The position numbers and the translations under genes are program-made. Below, one piece after another: positions 29,239-39,331 of a stretch of 64,000 nucleotides of DNA (its first letter is position 1; every line of letters begins with the position of its first letter). This DNA is from an uncultured Nitrospira sp. GTDB lineage: Bacteria > Nitrospirota > Nitrospiria > Nitrospirales > Nitrospiraceae. The notes beneath the pieces are model-generated. The model ran no database searches and was not told where the DNA came from. It saw nothing but the letters and a program-made list of their open reading frames with translations. The stretch covers positions 5,224 through 69,223 of the forward strand of contig CAZKVY010000012.1 in NCBI GenBank assembly GCA_964556305.1, given 5' to 3'.

Positions 29239-29534
29239 CACTCGATACCATTTGGCTCATTATCGGTTTCCTCGGACAGGGGATCTTCTTTATGCGCTGG
29301 GTCGTCCAGTGGATCGCCTCCGAACGCCATGCTGAAAGCCGTGTGCCGACGGCGTTCTGGTATATGAGCATGATCGGCGGGTTGATCACGCTCGCGTATG
29401 CCATTTATCGGCAGGACCCGGTCTTCATTGCAGGACAGAGCATCGGCAGTATCGTCTACCTCCGCAACCTCATGCTCATTCACCGCCCGAATTCTGCCGA
29501 CTCCGACACGGCATCCCCGGCGATCAAATCGTAA
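29235..29534 (+). CDS. Lipid A biosynthesis N-terminal (LAB_N) domain membrane protein
   Basis: GFLGQ..F..RW.VQWIASE...S.VP.AFWY.S..GG...L.YAI...DPVFI.GQ; ATGA overlap with the GT2 gene. Confidence 0.88.
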   Translation: MTLDTIWLIIGFLGQGIFFMRWVVQWIASERHAESRVPTAFWYMSMIGGLITLAYAIYRQDPVFIAGQSIGSIVYLRNLMLIHRPNSADSDTASPAIKS

Positions 29535-31327
29535 TGGAACCTCATATGAACGGAGAAGTCCCGTCCCTGCAGACGCCTGCGCCGATCGACCGGTCGATCC
29601 AGCCCTTGACGCTCGCCGTTTTGCTGGCGTTGGCCGCCGTGTTGTTCTTTGTCGGGCTTGGCTCCCTCGGCTTGACCGACCGGGATGAAGGGCGAAATGC
29701 TGAAGCCGGCCGGGAAATGTATGAAACGGGCAATTACATCAGCCCCACATTCAATTACGAGCCGCGCTTCGCCAAACCGGTCTTCGTCTATTGGCTTATG
29801 ACGGGCTCGTACCATGTCTTCGGGGTAAACGAATTCGCGGCGCGGTTCCCATCCGCCATTTTCGGCATAGGCCTCATTCTTCTCCAGTATCTCTTTCTGA
29901 CACGCTGCCGGGGGCCGGTGATCGGCTTATTCGGCGCGGCCATGTTGTTGCTGAATCTAGAGATCATCGGGCTGAGTCGCATGGCACTCACCGACAGCGT
30001 GTTGATCTTCTTTACCACGCTGTCTCTCTACGGGTTCTGGCTAGGCCTCTACGGAGAGGGACGTGAACGCCACTGCATATGGTTCTTTTACATTGGTATG
30101 GCGCTGGCCACGTTGACGAAAGGCCCAATCGGCTTTCTGATTCCTCTGTTAGCAGTGGGACTGTATCTGTGGCTGACTCGCTCCTGGTCGCTATTCCGTC
30201 GGCAGGGACGTCTCCTTCCCGGCCTTCTCCTCTTTCTCGCCCTGGCCCTCCCTTGGTATCTCATGATGTTGAACCTTCATGGGCAACGGTATACAGCCTC
30301 CGCACAGGGGGATACGATCGGCCGTTTCTTTGGAACCATGGAAGGACACGGCGGCACGCTACTGTTCTACCTGCCCGTCTTTCTCCTCGGGTTTTTCCCT
30401 TGGAGCGGTCTCCTTCCATTTGCCTGGTATCAGGCCTATCGAAGCTGGCGAGAGGCGAAACAGGCCGGGGTACTCACGTCGTCTCCCAGCCATGACGCAC
30501 CATCTTCCTCACAGGCACTTGAGTGGTTTGCCGCCGTCTGGGTCCTGGGTGGGCTCGTATTTTTCAGCCTCTCGTCCACGCGTCTGCCGCACTACATCGG
30601 GCCTTTGTTTCCCGCTGCAGCGATCCTGACGGCATCATTCTGGAATCGTTGCGTGACCGACCATGCCGCGCCGAGCCTGCGTGCCGCCATCCACATGATG
30701 ACCGCGGTCGGGTACATTCTGGCGCTGGCTTTTGCTTCGCTCCCGCCTCTGTATGCCAAATTCGCTGTGAAACTCGTGGATGAATTTCCTCTTGCCGGAC
30801 AGGTGACACTCGGACCGGGGCCCTATACCATCGCCTCGATCTTTTTGGTGGGAATGGGGCTGGTGGCGTATTTCGGACTCAGCGAGACACGGCGGCCGGC
30901 CGCCTTCTGGGCCGCCGGAGGATCATTAGCACTCGTGGTCCTGGCCGTCACACAACTGGCCTTTCCTCTGGTCCATCACTTTGTCATCGACCCGCCGCAG
31001 CGGCTGGCGGATGTCGCAGGACTCAATCTCGGTCCTAACGACCGGCTGATTCTCTATGGACAACCACGCCCCTCGCTGGTGTTCTATGCCAAACGGAAAG
31101 CCATCGTCGTGCCGAAGGGTGAAGAAGCCAACATTAAGCCCTATTTGACCCAGCCGGGCCGCACGATGATTCTCTTACCGGCAGCCATGCGCAATCGATT
31201 GCCGTTTGAAACGATGGAATATCCGGTCATGCTCGAACGGTACGGCTATATCCTATTGGCCAATCAATCAATGATCCATGTGCCCGAGGAGGCAGAGAAA
31301 CCTGCCGTTCGGATTCCAGGACACTGA
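29534..31327 (+). CDS. ArnT/GT83-like (PMT_2) membrane glycosyltransferase
   Basis: DRDEGRNAEAGREM, RFAKPV..YW, EFAARFPSA, LTKGPIG, LPHYIGPLFPA; many TMs. Confidence 0.88.
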   Translation: MEPHMNGEVPSLQTPAPIDRSIQPLTLAVLLALAAVLFFVGLGSLGLTDRDEGRNAEAGREMYETGNYISPTFNYEPRFAKPVFVYWLMTGSYHVFGVNEFAARFPSAIFGIGLILLQYLFLTRCRGPVIGLFGAAMLLLNLEIIGLSRMALTDSVLIFFTTLSLYGFWLGLYGEGRERHCIWFFYIGMALATLTKGPIGFLIPLLAVGLYLWLTRSWSLFRRQGRLLPGLLLFLALALPWYLMMLNLHGQRYTASAQGDTIGRFFGTMEGHGGTLLFYLPVFLLGFFPWSGLLPFAWYQAYRSWREAKQAGVLTSSPSHDAPSSSQALEWFAAVWVLGGLVFFSLSSTRLPHYIGPLFPAAAILTASFWNRCVTDHAAPSLRAAIHMMTAVGYILALAFASLPPLYAKFAVKLVDEFPLAGQVTLGPGPYTIASIFLVGMGLVAYFGLSETRRPAAFWAAGGSLALVVLAVTQLAFPLVHHFVIDPPQRLADVAGLNLGPNDRLILYGQPRPSLVFYAKRKAIVVPKGEEANIKPYLTQPGRTMILLPAAMRNRLPFETMEYPVMLERYGYILLANQSMIHVPEEAEKPAVRIPGH

Positions 31328-31334
31328 TCGTTCA

Positions 31335-32414
31335 TCATTGTAACGGCACCAGGCCTTTGAGGAATTGGATCGCGATGACCCCCGCAAGACCTGCCGCCGC
31401 ATAAAGCCCAACACTGCGCCGAGACGGCCGAATAGATGAACCGGGGGTTTTTGCCGCAGCATACCATCGTGCCACACAAAGGAGTACGGTGAGCCCGATA
31501 ACGATCGGAGCTCCGGTCGCAACTCCTAATCCTGACAGCAAGAAGCCGTTCGAGGTTACGACCGCCGCAACATCGCGGCCGGTTGCTGACCTCCATTGAG
31601 GCATCACCTGCAGAGCCCAACCTGCGACCACCAGCATCACTCCCGACGCAACCAGCATGCGGTCCGTCATCGGATCGGCAATGCGATGCGTCAAGACCCA
31701 GAACATACCTGCCAGCAACAACACGATAGGCGCGATGCGCACGAGCGCGCGGCCGCAGGACCGTCCCCACCAGCGCAGCGGCCCGTTGAAGACTGATCCG
31801 ACCATAAAGCCCAACACCATTCCGCCCACCACGTCTCCGGGAAAGTGCGATCCTCTCCAGATCCGGCTGGCGCCGACCCATCCGGCCAGGGCAAACGGTG
31901 CCCATGCGAGCCTGGGCAGCGCCCGCGCCAATACGGTCGCCACGGCGACCGTCGCAGAAGTATGGCCTGAGGGAAACGAGTCCAACCCGGACTCTAACGA
32001 GGGCCACCAGTGCCACCCGCTCGAATGGGTCAGACGCGGCCTCGGACGGCCGATAATATGTTTGAGGCTGTTCACCACCAATGCCACCACCCCGTGGGCA
32101 AGCAAACTATCCACCGCCGTGCGTATCCAGGCCTGGCGCTTGAGCCAATACCCGGTTCCCAGGAGAAGTACGCTGATGGTAATCAGCGTCCCCCCGTTAC
32201 CTAACTTTTCGCCAAGATCGCCCAACGATTGGAGCGCCGACAAATTATGCGAGCGGAGTAACCGGAGAATGGGAATATCGATGTGAAAGAGCGCGGCGAA
32301 CGACCCTAGCACCACCAGCACGGAGAGGATCACTGCCGGGACCGGCGGGCAATCCGGAGGTGGCTCAGGCTGCGCCGAGGTCGGCACAGCCTGCCCGTCA
32401 CCTGATTCGTTCAT
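31335..32414 (-). CDS. PAP2-family phosphatase with extra C-terminal TMs
   Basis: KHIIGRPRP, SFPSGH, SRIWRGSHFPGDV. Confidence 0.85.
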   Translation of the reverse strand: MNESGDGQAVPTSAQPEPPPDCPPVPAVILSVLVVLGSFAALFHIDIPILRLLRSHNLSALQSLGDLGEKLGNGGTLITISVLLLGTGYWLKRQAWIRTAVDSLLAHGVVALVVNSLKHIIGRPRPRLTHSSGWHWWPSLESGLDSFPSGHTSATVAVATVLARALPRLAWAPFALAGWVGASRIWRGSHFPGDVVGGMVLGFMVGSVFNGPLRWWGRSCGRALVRIAPIVLLLAGMFWVLTHRIADPMTDRMLVASGVMLVVAGWALQVMPQWRSATGRDVAAVVTSNGFLLSGLGVATGAPIVIGLTVLLCVARWYAAAKTPGSSIRPSRRSVGLYAAAGLAGVIAIQFLKGLVPLQ

Positions 32415-33559
32415 GGAATCCAGTCGGCAAGAAACACGTTGAATTCTCCCGGCTCTTTGGCGTTTCGGTCGGACACCCACACGAGATGCTTACCATCCGG
32501 AGAAAACATGGGGAAGCTGTTGAACTTCCCGTCAACCGTCAATCGCTCCAGACCGGAGCCGTCCTCATTGGTGAGATAGAGATGAAAATCAGGCCGCCCC
32601 CCTTCATTGCGCGTCTCTACGTTCGACGAAAAGATGATGCGATGCCCATCCGGATGGAAATAGGGAGAGAAGTTGGAGGCGCCGTTACTCGTGACCTGCT
32701 GCTTGTTCGACCCGTCGGCATTCATGATAAAGATTTCTAAGCGACCCGGTTCCACCAGGTTTTGAGCCAGGAGCGATTTGTACTGATCCAATTCTTCCTG
32801 ATTGCTCGGATGCTGAGCGCGATACACGATCCGTTTACTATCCGGCGAGAAAAACGCGCCGCCGTCGTACCCGATTTCCTGGGTCAACCGCCTGGGATGC
32901 GTGCCATCCAAATCCATCGCGTAGATATCCAAATCTCCGTCGCGCATGGAGGTCCAGACAATCGTCTTGCCATTGGGTGCCACCGTGGCCTCGGCGTCAT
33001 AGCCGGGGGTATTCGTCAATCGCTGTGGATCCAACCCGTCGATCCGAACGGAAAACAAATCATAGTCGTCCAACGCCCACCGGTATGCGCCGCCATCCCG
33101 TTTCGGTTTAGGAGGACAATTAGGGCCTCTCAGATGAGTGGACGAGTACAACACACGCCGATCCCCGGGAAAGAAATAACCACAAGTCGTAGTGCCTGAA
33201 CCGGTGCTGACCATGCGGATCTTTTCGCTCCCGAGATCCATCACGTACATTTGATAACAGCCCAGCGGAATGTCGGCCGGATGCATAGCCGCAGCAAACG
33301 TGTCTTTCATCCAATTATTCGTGGACTGAAAGATCAGTTTATCTCCGCTGAATGAGAAATAGGCCTCGGCATTTTGCCGGCCGAACGTGAGTTGCCGGAT
33401 ATTCGTCAGATGCCGCTCGACCGAGGCGGACGCTTTCACCGAAGCCTGCGCCGGCTTCGGCTCGGCCGCTCCCAGCGCGCTCGTCACAACGACAGAGAGC
33501 GCGAGCCCCAGCATTCCCACCATGACCTGTTTAACGTGTTTCAATTCGCACCTCTGCAC
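32411..33559 (-). CDS. TolB-like PD40 beta-propeller periplasmic protein
   Basis: Repeated A.FSPDGK.IV / YDAEAT / P.FSPDG motifs; signal peptide (start may be 33523). Confidence 0.85.
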   Translation of the reverse strand: MQRCELKHVKQVMVGMLGLALSVVVTSALGAAEPKPAQASVKASASVERHLTNIRQLTFGRQNAEAYFSFSGDKLIFQSTNNWMKDTFAAAMHPADIPLGCYQMYVMDLGSEKIRMVSTGSGTTTCGYFFPGDRRVLYSSTHLRGPNCPPKPKRDGGAYRWALDDYDLFSVRIDGLDPQRLTNTPGYDAEATVAPNGKTIVWTSMRDGDLDIYAMDLDGTHPRRLTQEIGYDGGAFFSPDSKRIVYRAQHPSNQEELDQYKSLLAQNLVEPGRLEIFIMNADGSNKQQVTSNGASNFSPYFHPDGHRIIFSSNVETRNEGGRPDFHLYLTNEDGSGLERLTVDGKFNSFPMFSPDGKHLVWVSDRNAKEPGEFNVFLADWIP

Positions 33560-35720
33560 TCATCCTGTCCTCCCAATCTCCCCGTGCCACCACGGCTCCT
33601 TCGTGAAACACCACATAACTCTGCCATCCGTAAAAAAACAAGAGCCGCGCTACGCGCCCCAACGCCTGCGGCGTCACCCCGGAGAGGATGGTCACCACGC
33701 TACCCGGCTGATCGTCGCGTCGGCAGGACACCAGCACCGCCATCGTGTCGCCCTCGTAGACCTTTCCCTGCACCGCAAAGCCCTTCTCGGTAAAACGCAC
33801 CCGGTCACCGCAGTATCGTAGCATGGCTGTCGCCGACGGATTTTCCTCAGGCCCGCCCAACACGAGCAACGATCCAGTCGGCACAGCCATAGAGGTTTCT
33901 TCCGGCTGACTCACCGTGGTATGCGACATCCCTGGCTTTGCCGCCTCCTGCGCGATGATGCGTTGAACAATGTCGGTAAAAGGACTCGCTTGTTCTGAGG
34001 ATTGCCGGGGCAACAGCACAGTCCGCCGAGCGTCCGTTACGTACAGATTCAGCATGGGCGCCAATGCATTCCTCGCCACTCGGCGAAACACATGCAGGCC
34101 GGGGTCAAGCCTGACCGCCAGCGGACGCTCCTTAAGCTCCACGATCACATCCTGCTGCGCATCCGTCAGATGAATACGCGCTCGATGACTACGTCCTTCG
34201 TTCAGCACAAATTCCAGATCAACGGCGATCCGATACGGAACAGTATGCTGGACGATGTGCACCATCGCCTCCATCGTACTCGGCTCCCCGGCAGTGCCGG
34301 TTGATGGCTGCACCCGGAGACCGGTCACCTCAATGTCTGGGGCTCCTGCGCGCTCGACCCATTGGGCAAAAAACCAACGAAGATCGCGTCCCGCCACGTC
34401 TTGGAACACTCGCTCCAGATCACGCCACTCGGCCGCCTTTCCCAGATACCGTACCGGAATCTCTTTCACGGCCTTCCAAAACACTGCGTCGCCGATTTCC
34501 TGCCTCAATGCATGGAACACCATGGCGGATTGTTGATAGCCGATGGCATTGTCTTTTTCATCGTGCTTCTGAGCGAACTGTATGACGGGATACTCCTCGC
34601 CGGGGCGAACGTACACGGAATAGCCCATGAGCATCAATCGTCGCTGCTCGCGAGCTTGTGCTTCATCGCCCATGAGCTCATGGTAGTAGTAATTGGACAG
34701 ATAGGTCGTCAGCCCTTCCACCCAGTTGCCGCGATCGACCCTGTTGAACACGCCGTTTCCGATCCATGAGTGCACGATCTCATGCCCGAGCGCATAGGGC
34801 TGCGTATAGTGGCGCCTGATGACTCCACTCCCGAGCAGGGTAAAGGAGGGCATGCCCAATCCGCTTGAAAAGAAATTTTCGACCACCGCAAATTGAGCAA
34901 ACGGATAGGGGCCAAGCAGGGGTATGTACGCGTCAAGGTATCGCGCCGAGGCGTCCAGATACTCATCTGCTAAAGAGGCTTCGTCTTCAAAGAGGTAGGT
35001 AGAGAGCCGGATTGTCTGCCCCGACTGCGCCGTCCAAGTACGGGACTTCACCATGAAACGGTTCGCGACGACCGTCAACGCTTCGCTCTTCGTGGAAACC
35101 AGCCAGCGCGTCGAGTCGAGCTGAGGGGTTCCCTGGGTCACCGCAGTCCACCCTTCAGGCACGGTCACGGTCACGTCATAAGTGGCGAGCGAACCATCCA
35201 GGTCCGGATACCATTGGCTTTCACTGCTGAGATACACCCCCTCGGGACCAATGTGCCCCGAGGTCTCGCTCGGGGTGACAAAACGAAGGTGCCGGGGATC
35301 CCGTGGCGGATCGTCGATCACCCCGCGATAGGAAAACTTCAGTTCTATCGTGCCATCTCGCCGATCAGTGGCAGGCTGCTTCAGGATCACGCGCCGCGGC
35401 TCCGACCGGCCTGATGCCTCGTCCCTTTCGAAGGCCACCTCCGGAGCAGCTTCGCAGGAGGCCTGACAATGCGTGACATCCTGAATGTGCTCGACTTGCA
35501 GGGCGGGGGCGAGGGAAAAGGCAAGCGCCTGACCTGAAGAGCCTCCCGAGAGGATGAGACGATCGGTCGCGATGAGCTGATGGGTATCCGGCAGCAGTTC
35601 CACCGTCAGCTGATGATGTTCGATGGTCGGTGGAGAAGAACCGGTCTCAGCGACTGCAAGCGCAGGAAAGAGACAACCGGCAAGCAAACTGAAACGGATG
35701 AGGCGATGCAAACAATTCAC
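33531..35720 (-). CDS. Secreted M1-family Zn aminopeptidase
   Basis: HEIVHSW (HExxH) with downstream EGLTTY; GMPSF at the usual GAMEN position; signal peptide. Confidence 0.85.
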   Translation of the reverse strand: MNCLHRLIRFSLLAGCLFPALAVAETGSSPPTIEHHQLTVELLPDTHQLIATDRLILSGGSSGQALAFSLAPALQVEHIQDVTHCQASCEAAPEVAFERDEASGRSEPRRVILKQPATDRRDGTIELKFSYRGVIDDPPRDPRHLRFVTPSETSGHIGPEGVYLSSESQWYPDLDGSLATYDVTVTVPEGWTAVTQGTPQLDSTRWLVSTKSEALTVVANRFMVKSRTWTAQSGQTIRLSTYLFEDEASLADEYLDASARYLDAYIPLLGPYPFAQFAVVENFFSSGLGMPSFTLLGSGVIRRHYTQPYALGHEIVHSWIGNGVFNRVDRGNWVEGLTTYLSNYYYHELMGDEAQAREQRRLMLMGYSVYVRPGEEYPVIQFAQKHDEKDNAIGYQQSAMVFHALRQEIGDAVFWKAVKEIPVRYLGKAAEWRDLERVFQDVAGRDLRWFFAQWVERAGAPDIEVTGLRVQPSTGTAGEPSTMEAMVHIVQHTVPYRIAVDLEFVLNEGRSHRARIHLTDAQQDVIVELKERPLAVRLDPGLHVFRRVARNALAPMLNLYVTDARRTVLLPRQSSEQASPFTDIVQRIIAQEAAKPGMSHTTVSQPEETSMAVPTGSLLVLGGPEENPSATAMLRYCGDRVRFTEKGFAVQGKVYEGDTMAVLVSCRRDDQPGSVVTILSGVTPQALGRVARLLFFYGWQSYVVFHEGAVVARGDWEDRMSAEVRIETR

Positions 35721-35753
35721 CCTTCACCGGCACCCCAAAGTGGACGGTGAAGA

Positions 35754-36545
35754 TTAACACTCCCGGCAGACCATCACAAGCTGGATAGCCATCAACGCCC
35801 GCTCCAAATCCAGCGGCTTATCCAACACTTCTTGCGGCCCCAATGCCCAGGCGTCCGCCAGCAAGGGGTCGTTTTGATGTCCGCTCAAAATGATCGTCCG
35901 TCCGGCATAGTCACGCTCGGCCAGTACCTTCAATAATTCCACGCCGTTCATCTCGGGCATGACGAGATCGAGGATCAACAAATCTGGCGCTGACTCCTCG
36001 ATCATTCGCAGGGCTTCACGACCATCCTTGGCACCGCGAACACGGTATCCGCGTAGACTGAGAAAGCGCATCAACAGATCGCGCGCCATCACATCGTCAT
36101 CGACCACGAGGATCTGTTCCTCGGAAGGATGATCGGGCTCATTGCCCACCAGAGACTGCCGGCCTGACGCCTCACGCCTGGCCTGTTGGGCGATTCGATG
36201 CACCGCGCCAACAAGCACGTCAAGCGACAATCCCTTCCGGAAAAAATCCGTGACCTGTAATTTTCTGGCGAGATTTTCCAAATCTTCGGTGGCGCCACCC
36301 CCCAGAATGATCACGCCCGCGCGCGGGTCATATGTCCGAATCTCTTTGAGCACCGCCAACCCATCCATTTCCGGCATGCGCAGATCCAGCAAGGTCACGA
36401 CGGGACGAAGCTGCCGAAACAGGGACACTCCCTCACGCCCGCTTGTCGCCGTGCTGACTCGATACCCGTGGCGAGACAATGCCACCTGCAAAAGATCGCA
36501 GTGCAACCGGTCGTCGTCGATTACCAATAACGTGGTCATCGTCAT
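35754..36545 (-). CDS. Tandem receiver-domain (REC-REC) protein without output domain
   Basis: LVIDDD...LLDLRMPEMDG and LVVDDD...ILDLVMPEMNG...KP. Confidence 0.85.
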   Translation of the reverse strand: MTMTTLLVIDDDRLHCDLLQVALSRHGYRVSTATSGREGVSLFRQLRPVVTLLDLRMPEMDGLAVLKEIRTYDPRAGVIILGGGATEDLENLARKLQVTDFFRKGLSLDVLVGAVHRIAQQARREASGRQSLVGNEPDHPSEEQILVVDDDVMARDLLMRFLSLRGYRVRGAKDGREALRMIEESAPDLLILDLVMPEMNGVELLKVLAERDYAGRTIILSGHQNDPLLADAWALGPQEVLDKPLDLERALMAIQLVMVCREC

Positions 36546-36693
36546 TTCTCGCTCATGTGCAAATAGTCGCTGCTCCCAGGCCCATTCGCAGCCTGGAATC
36601 TCAATGAATAGCCTAGCATGAGGTTCGCGGGATGAGAAGAAATTGAGCGAAAGCGTAGGGAAGGCAGCGGAGGGTTCGGTCCGGCTTGACGGG

Positions 36694-37608
36694 TTAGAAC
36701 AATGCGTCGACAAAGGCCTTGGCGTTGAAGTCTTGGAGGTCCTCGACGGATTCCCCGACTCCGATCAACCTGACCGGAATCTTGAGCGTATCGGCAATCG
36801 CCACGACGATCCCGCCGCGTGCCGTTCCATCCAGCTTGGTCAACGCGATGCCGGTCACTCCAACCGCCTCATGAAACTGTCTGGCTTGAGCAATCGCATT
36901 CTGACCCACCGTGGCATCCAGCACCAATAACACCTCATGGGGCGCGCCGGGGCACTCTTGCGCCACAATTCGTTTGATTTTCCGCAACTCGTCCATCAAG
37001 TTCGTTTTGGTGTGCAGTCGTCCGGCGGTATCGATCAGCACCACATCCGATCCGCGCGCTTTGGCCGCCGTGATCCCGTCGTATGCGACGGCGGCGGGAT
37101 CGGCACCGGGTCGATGCCGGATGATGTCAACCTGAGTGCGGTCTGCCCACACCTGCAATTGCTCGATGGCTGCCGCCCGAAATGTGTCGCCGGCGACGAG
37201 CAGAGCAGTCTTCCCCTGTTGGCGAAACCGCTGCGTCAATTTTGCCACGGTAGTGGTCTTGCCGACTCCGTTCACTCCCACGGCGAGAATCACAAAAGGA
37301 TGCGGCCCCTGCGCAATCAGTTGGTCGATCGACGCCGCCTGTGTGGGAAGCAGAATATCCAAGACGGATTGCCGCAGCAGCTCCCGCACCTTCTCGGCGG
37401 CCGAAAAATTTCCCCCACGCATCTGTGCACGCAGGGTCTCCATGACGCGATCGACGACCGGCATACCCAGATCCGCACTGATTAAGGCGATCTCCAACTC
37501 GTCCAGAAGAGCCGGGTCCGCCGCGCGCCCAAGAAGTCGATCCAGTTGCCCAGTCACTGCATCGCGGGTTTTTGAGAGCCCTTCGCTTAATTTCTGAAAC
37601 CAACCCAC
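36694..37608 (-). CDS. ftsY: Signal recognition particle receptor FtsY
   Basis: GVNGVGKTTT, DTFRAAA, DTAGR, TKLDGTARGG. Confidence 0.96.
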   Translation of the reverse strand: MGWFQKLSEGLSKTRDAVTGQLDRLLGRAADPALLDELEIALISADLGMPVVDRVMETLRAQMRGGNFSAAEKVRELLRQSVLDILLPTQAASIDQLIAQGPHPFVILAVGVNGVGKTTTVAKLTQRFRQQGKTALLVAGDTFRAAAIEQLQVWADRTQVDIIRHRPGADPAAVAYDGITAAKARGSDVVLIDTAGRLHTKTNLMDELRKIKRIVAQECPGAPHEVLLVLDATVGQNAIAQARQFHEAVGVTGIALTKLDGTARGGIVVAIADTLKIPVRLIGVGESVEDLQDFNAKAFVDALF

Positions 37609-37671
37609 CGCTCACCTCAATCCCTTGCCGTTGTCTACCTTCACATGCCCATCATGCGCTCCAGGCACGCA

Positions 37672-38142
37672 TCATACTGGATCTGAATCGCCGGATACCA
37701 ATAACCTTGGAATCGGGCCGATGCCACGCAGAACGGCCCTCTCGCGTCGGGCCATTCGTCTGGCCTCGGGTTCGCTCCGCTCGTGATCATATCCGCACAA
37801 ATGCAGCATGCCGTGAATCAGGAGTACGACCACTTCATGATCAATACCCTGTTGATGGCGGCGCGCCTGACGAATGGCTTGCGGCAGGGAGATGACGACA
37901 TCCCCTAGCAAGGCCGATGGCGGGCCGGGCCCTTCCCTGGTCGCAAACGCGAGCACATCGGTGGTTTTATCACGATGACGAAAGGTTCGATTCAAGCGGC
38001 GCATGCGGACATCGCCCACAATTTCGAGGCTCAGAAGTGCCTCGCGTTCACCGATGGACTGAAGAATACGACTGGCGAGTTTCCTGAGAGGCGCGAGGCG
38101 CAGCTTCCACTTGGTAAGCCGCATGCCAACCACGACCGGCAT
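37672..38142 (-). CDS. ybeY: rRNA maturation RNase YbeY
   Basis: DKTTDVLAF, LGDVVIS, HGMLHLCGYDH. Confidence 0.95.
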   Translation of the reverse strand: MPVVVGMRLTKWKLRLAPLRKLASRILQSIGEREALLSLEIVGDVRMRRLNRTFRHRDKTTDVLAFATREGPGPPSALLGDVVISLPQAIRQARRHQQGIDHEVVVLLIHGMLHLCGYDHERSEPEARRMARRERAVLRGIGPIPRLLVSGDSDPV

Positions 38143-39203
38143 TAATGTGATTGGCCCCAGGAACCTGGGGAGGATGATGAAGGACGGGCAGCCTTCGGAT
38201 CTGAACGCTCACCCTTCACAAGACTCTCGCCTTTTCTGGGTGATCCGGGATTCGCGGGTGCAACCGAATGCCGATCATAGGCTTTGATAATTTCTTGGAC
38301 GAGCCGATGCCGCACGACATCCCGCTCATCGAAATACACGAACTCAATACCGGCGATGTCCTGGAGAATGTCCCGCACTTCAATCAGGCCTGAGACGCGA
38401 TCGGACGGCAAGTCAATCTGCGTGATATCTCCCGTCACGACGGCCTTGGAATGAAAGCCTAACCGGGTCAAGAACATTTTCATCTGCTCAGCGGTCGCAT
38501 TCTGCGCTTCGTCCAGGATCACGAAGGAATCGTTGAGGGTACGGCCGCGCATAAACGCAAGGGGGGCGATTTCAATATCTCCCCGATCGATGAGACGATT
38601 GGCTCGTTCCATTTCCATCATGTCGAACAGCGCATCGTAAAGCGGGCGAAGGTAGGGGTTCACCTTGGCGTACATGTCGCCGGGAAGATAGCCGAGCTTT
38701 TCTCCGGCCTCGACCGCGGGACGGGCAAGGATGATGCGGCTGACATCCTTTTTCATCAGCGCGCTTACCGCCATTGCCATGGCTAAATACGTCTTGCCAG
38801 TTCCGGCAGGACCGATTCCGATAACGATATCATGCTTTTCGATCGCGTCGAGATAGTATTTCTGCGTCGGGGTCTTAGGGACAATGAAGCGCTTTCGAGT
38901 CACGATGGGGGAAGCGCTGAAGAGCAGTTCTTTCAGGGAGGCGTCTTGGTTGTGGCGGAGAGCAGTCAGCGCGTGGGTGACGTCATCCGATCTGAGATCG
39001 TAGCCTTCGTTGGTGAGCGACGCGAGCTCGTTGAGTACTCGCTCCGCCTGCTTCATGGCTTCGGGCGTACCCTCTACCGTGACTTCTTCGCCCCGTGCGG
39101 AACACCGGACCCCGAACTCTTCCTCAATCAATTTGAGGTGACGATCGTGGTGTCCAAAGAGAACCGCAGTGTTCGTGCCTTCACGTAGTTTGATCTTGCG
39201 CAC
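38142..39203 (-). CDS. phoH: PhoH-family (YbeZ) ATPase
   Basis: GPAGTGKT, RPAVEAGEKLGYLPG, APLAFMRGRTL, DEAQN. Confidence 0.95.
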   Translation of the reverse strand: MRKIKLREGTNTAVLFGHHDRHLKLIEEEFGVRCSARGEEVTVEGTPEAMKQAERVLNELASLTNEGYDLRSDDVTHALTALRHNQDASLKELLFSASPIVTRKRFIVPKTPTQKYYLDAIEKHDIVIGIGPAGTGKTYLAMAMAVSALMKKDVSRIILARPAVEAGEKLGYLPGDMYAKVNPYLRPLYDALFDMMEMERANRLIDRGDIEIAPLAFMRGRTLNDSFVILDEAQNATAEQMKMFLTRLGFHSKAVVTGDITQIDLPSDRVSGLIEVRDILQDIAGIEFVYFDERDVVRHRLVQEIIKAYDRHSVAPANPGSPRKGESLVKGERSDPKAARPSSSSPGSWGQSH

Positions 39204-39331
39204 GCCGGTGTCGAGAACTCCTTTCGCCAGGCCTACGGTTAGATTCTAACAAACAGCGAAAGGGATGAACAAGATCGGAACGGGGGGGGGGTGGAAGAAA
39301 AATCAGAAGGGCCGAGGGCCGGGAGAGGGAG

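Noticed and set aside
39282-39291. G10 tract upstream of phoH as a phase-variation switch
   Set aside because: It lies upstream of the likely -35 (TTGTTC-18-TAGAAT) and outside any CDS, so length changes would not alter spacing or frame. The C9 run at 9765-9773 is likewise intergenic.
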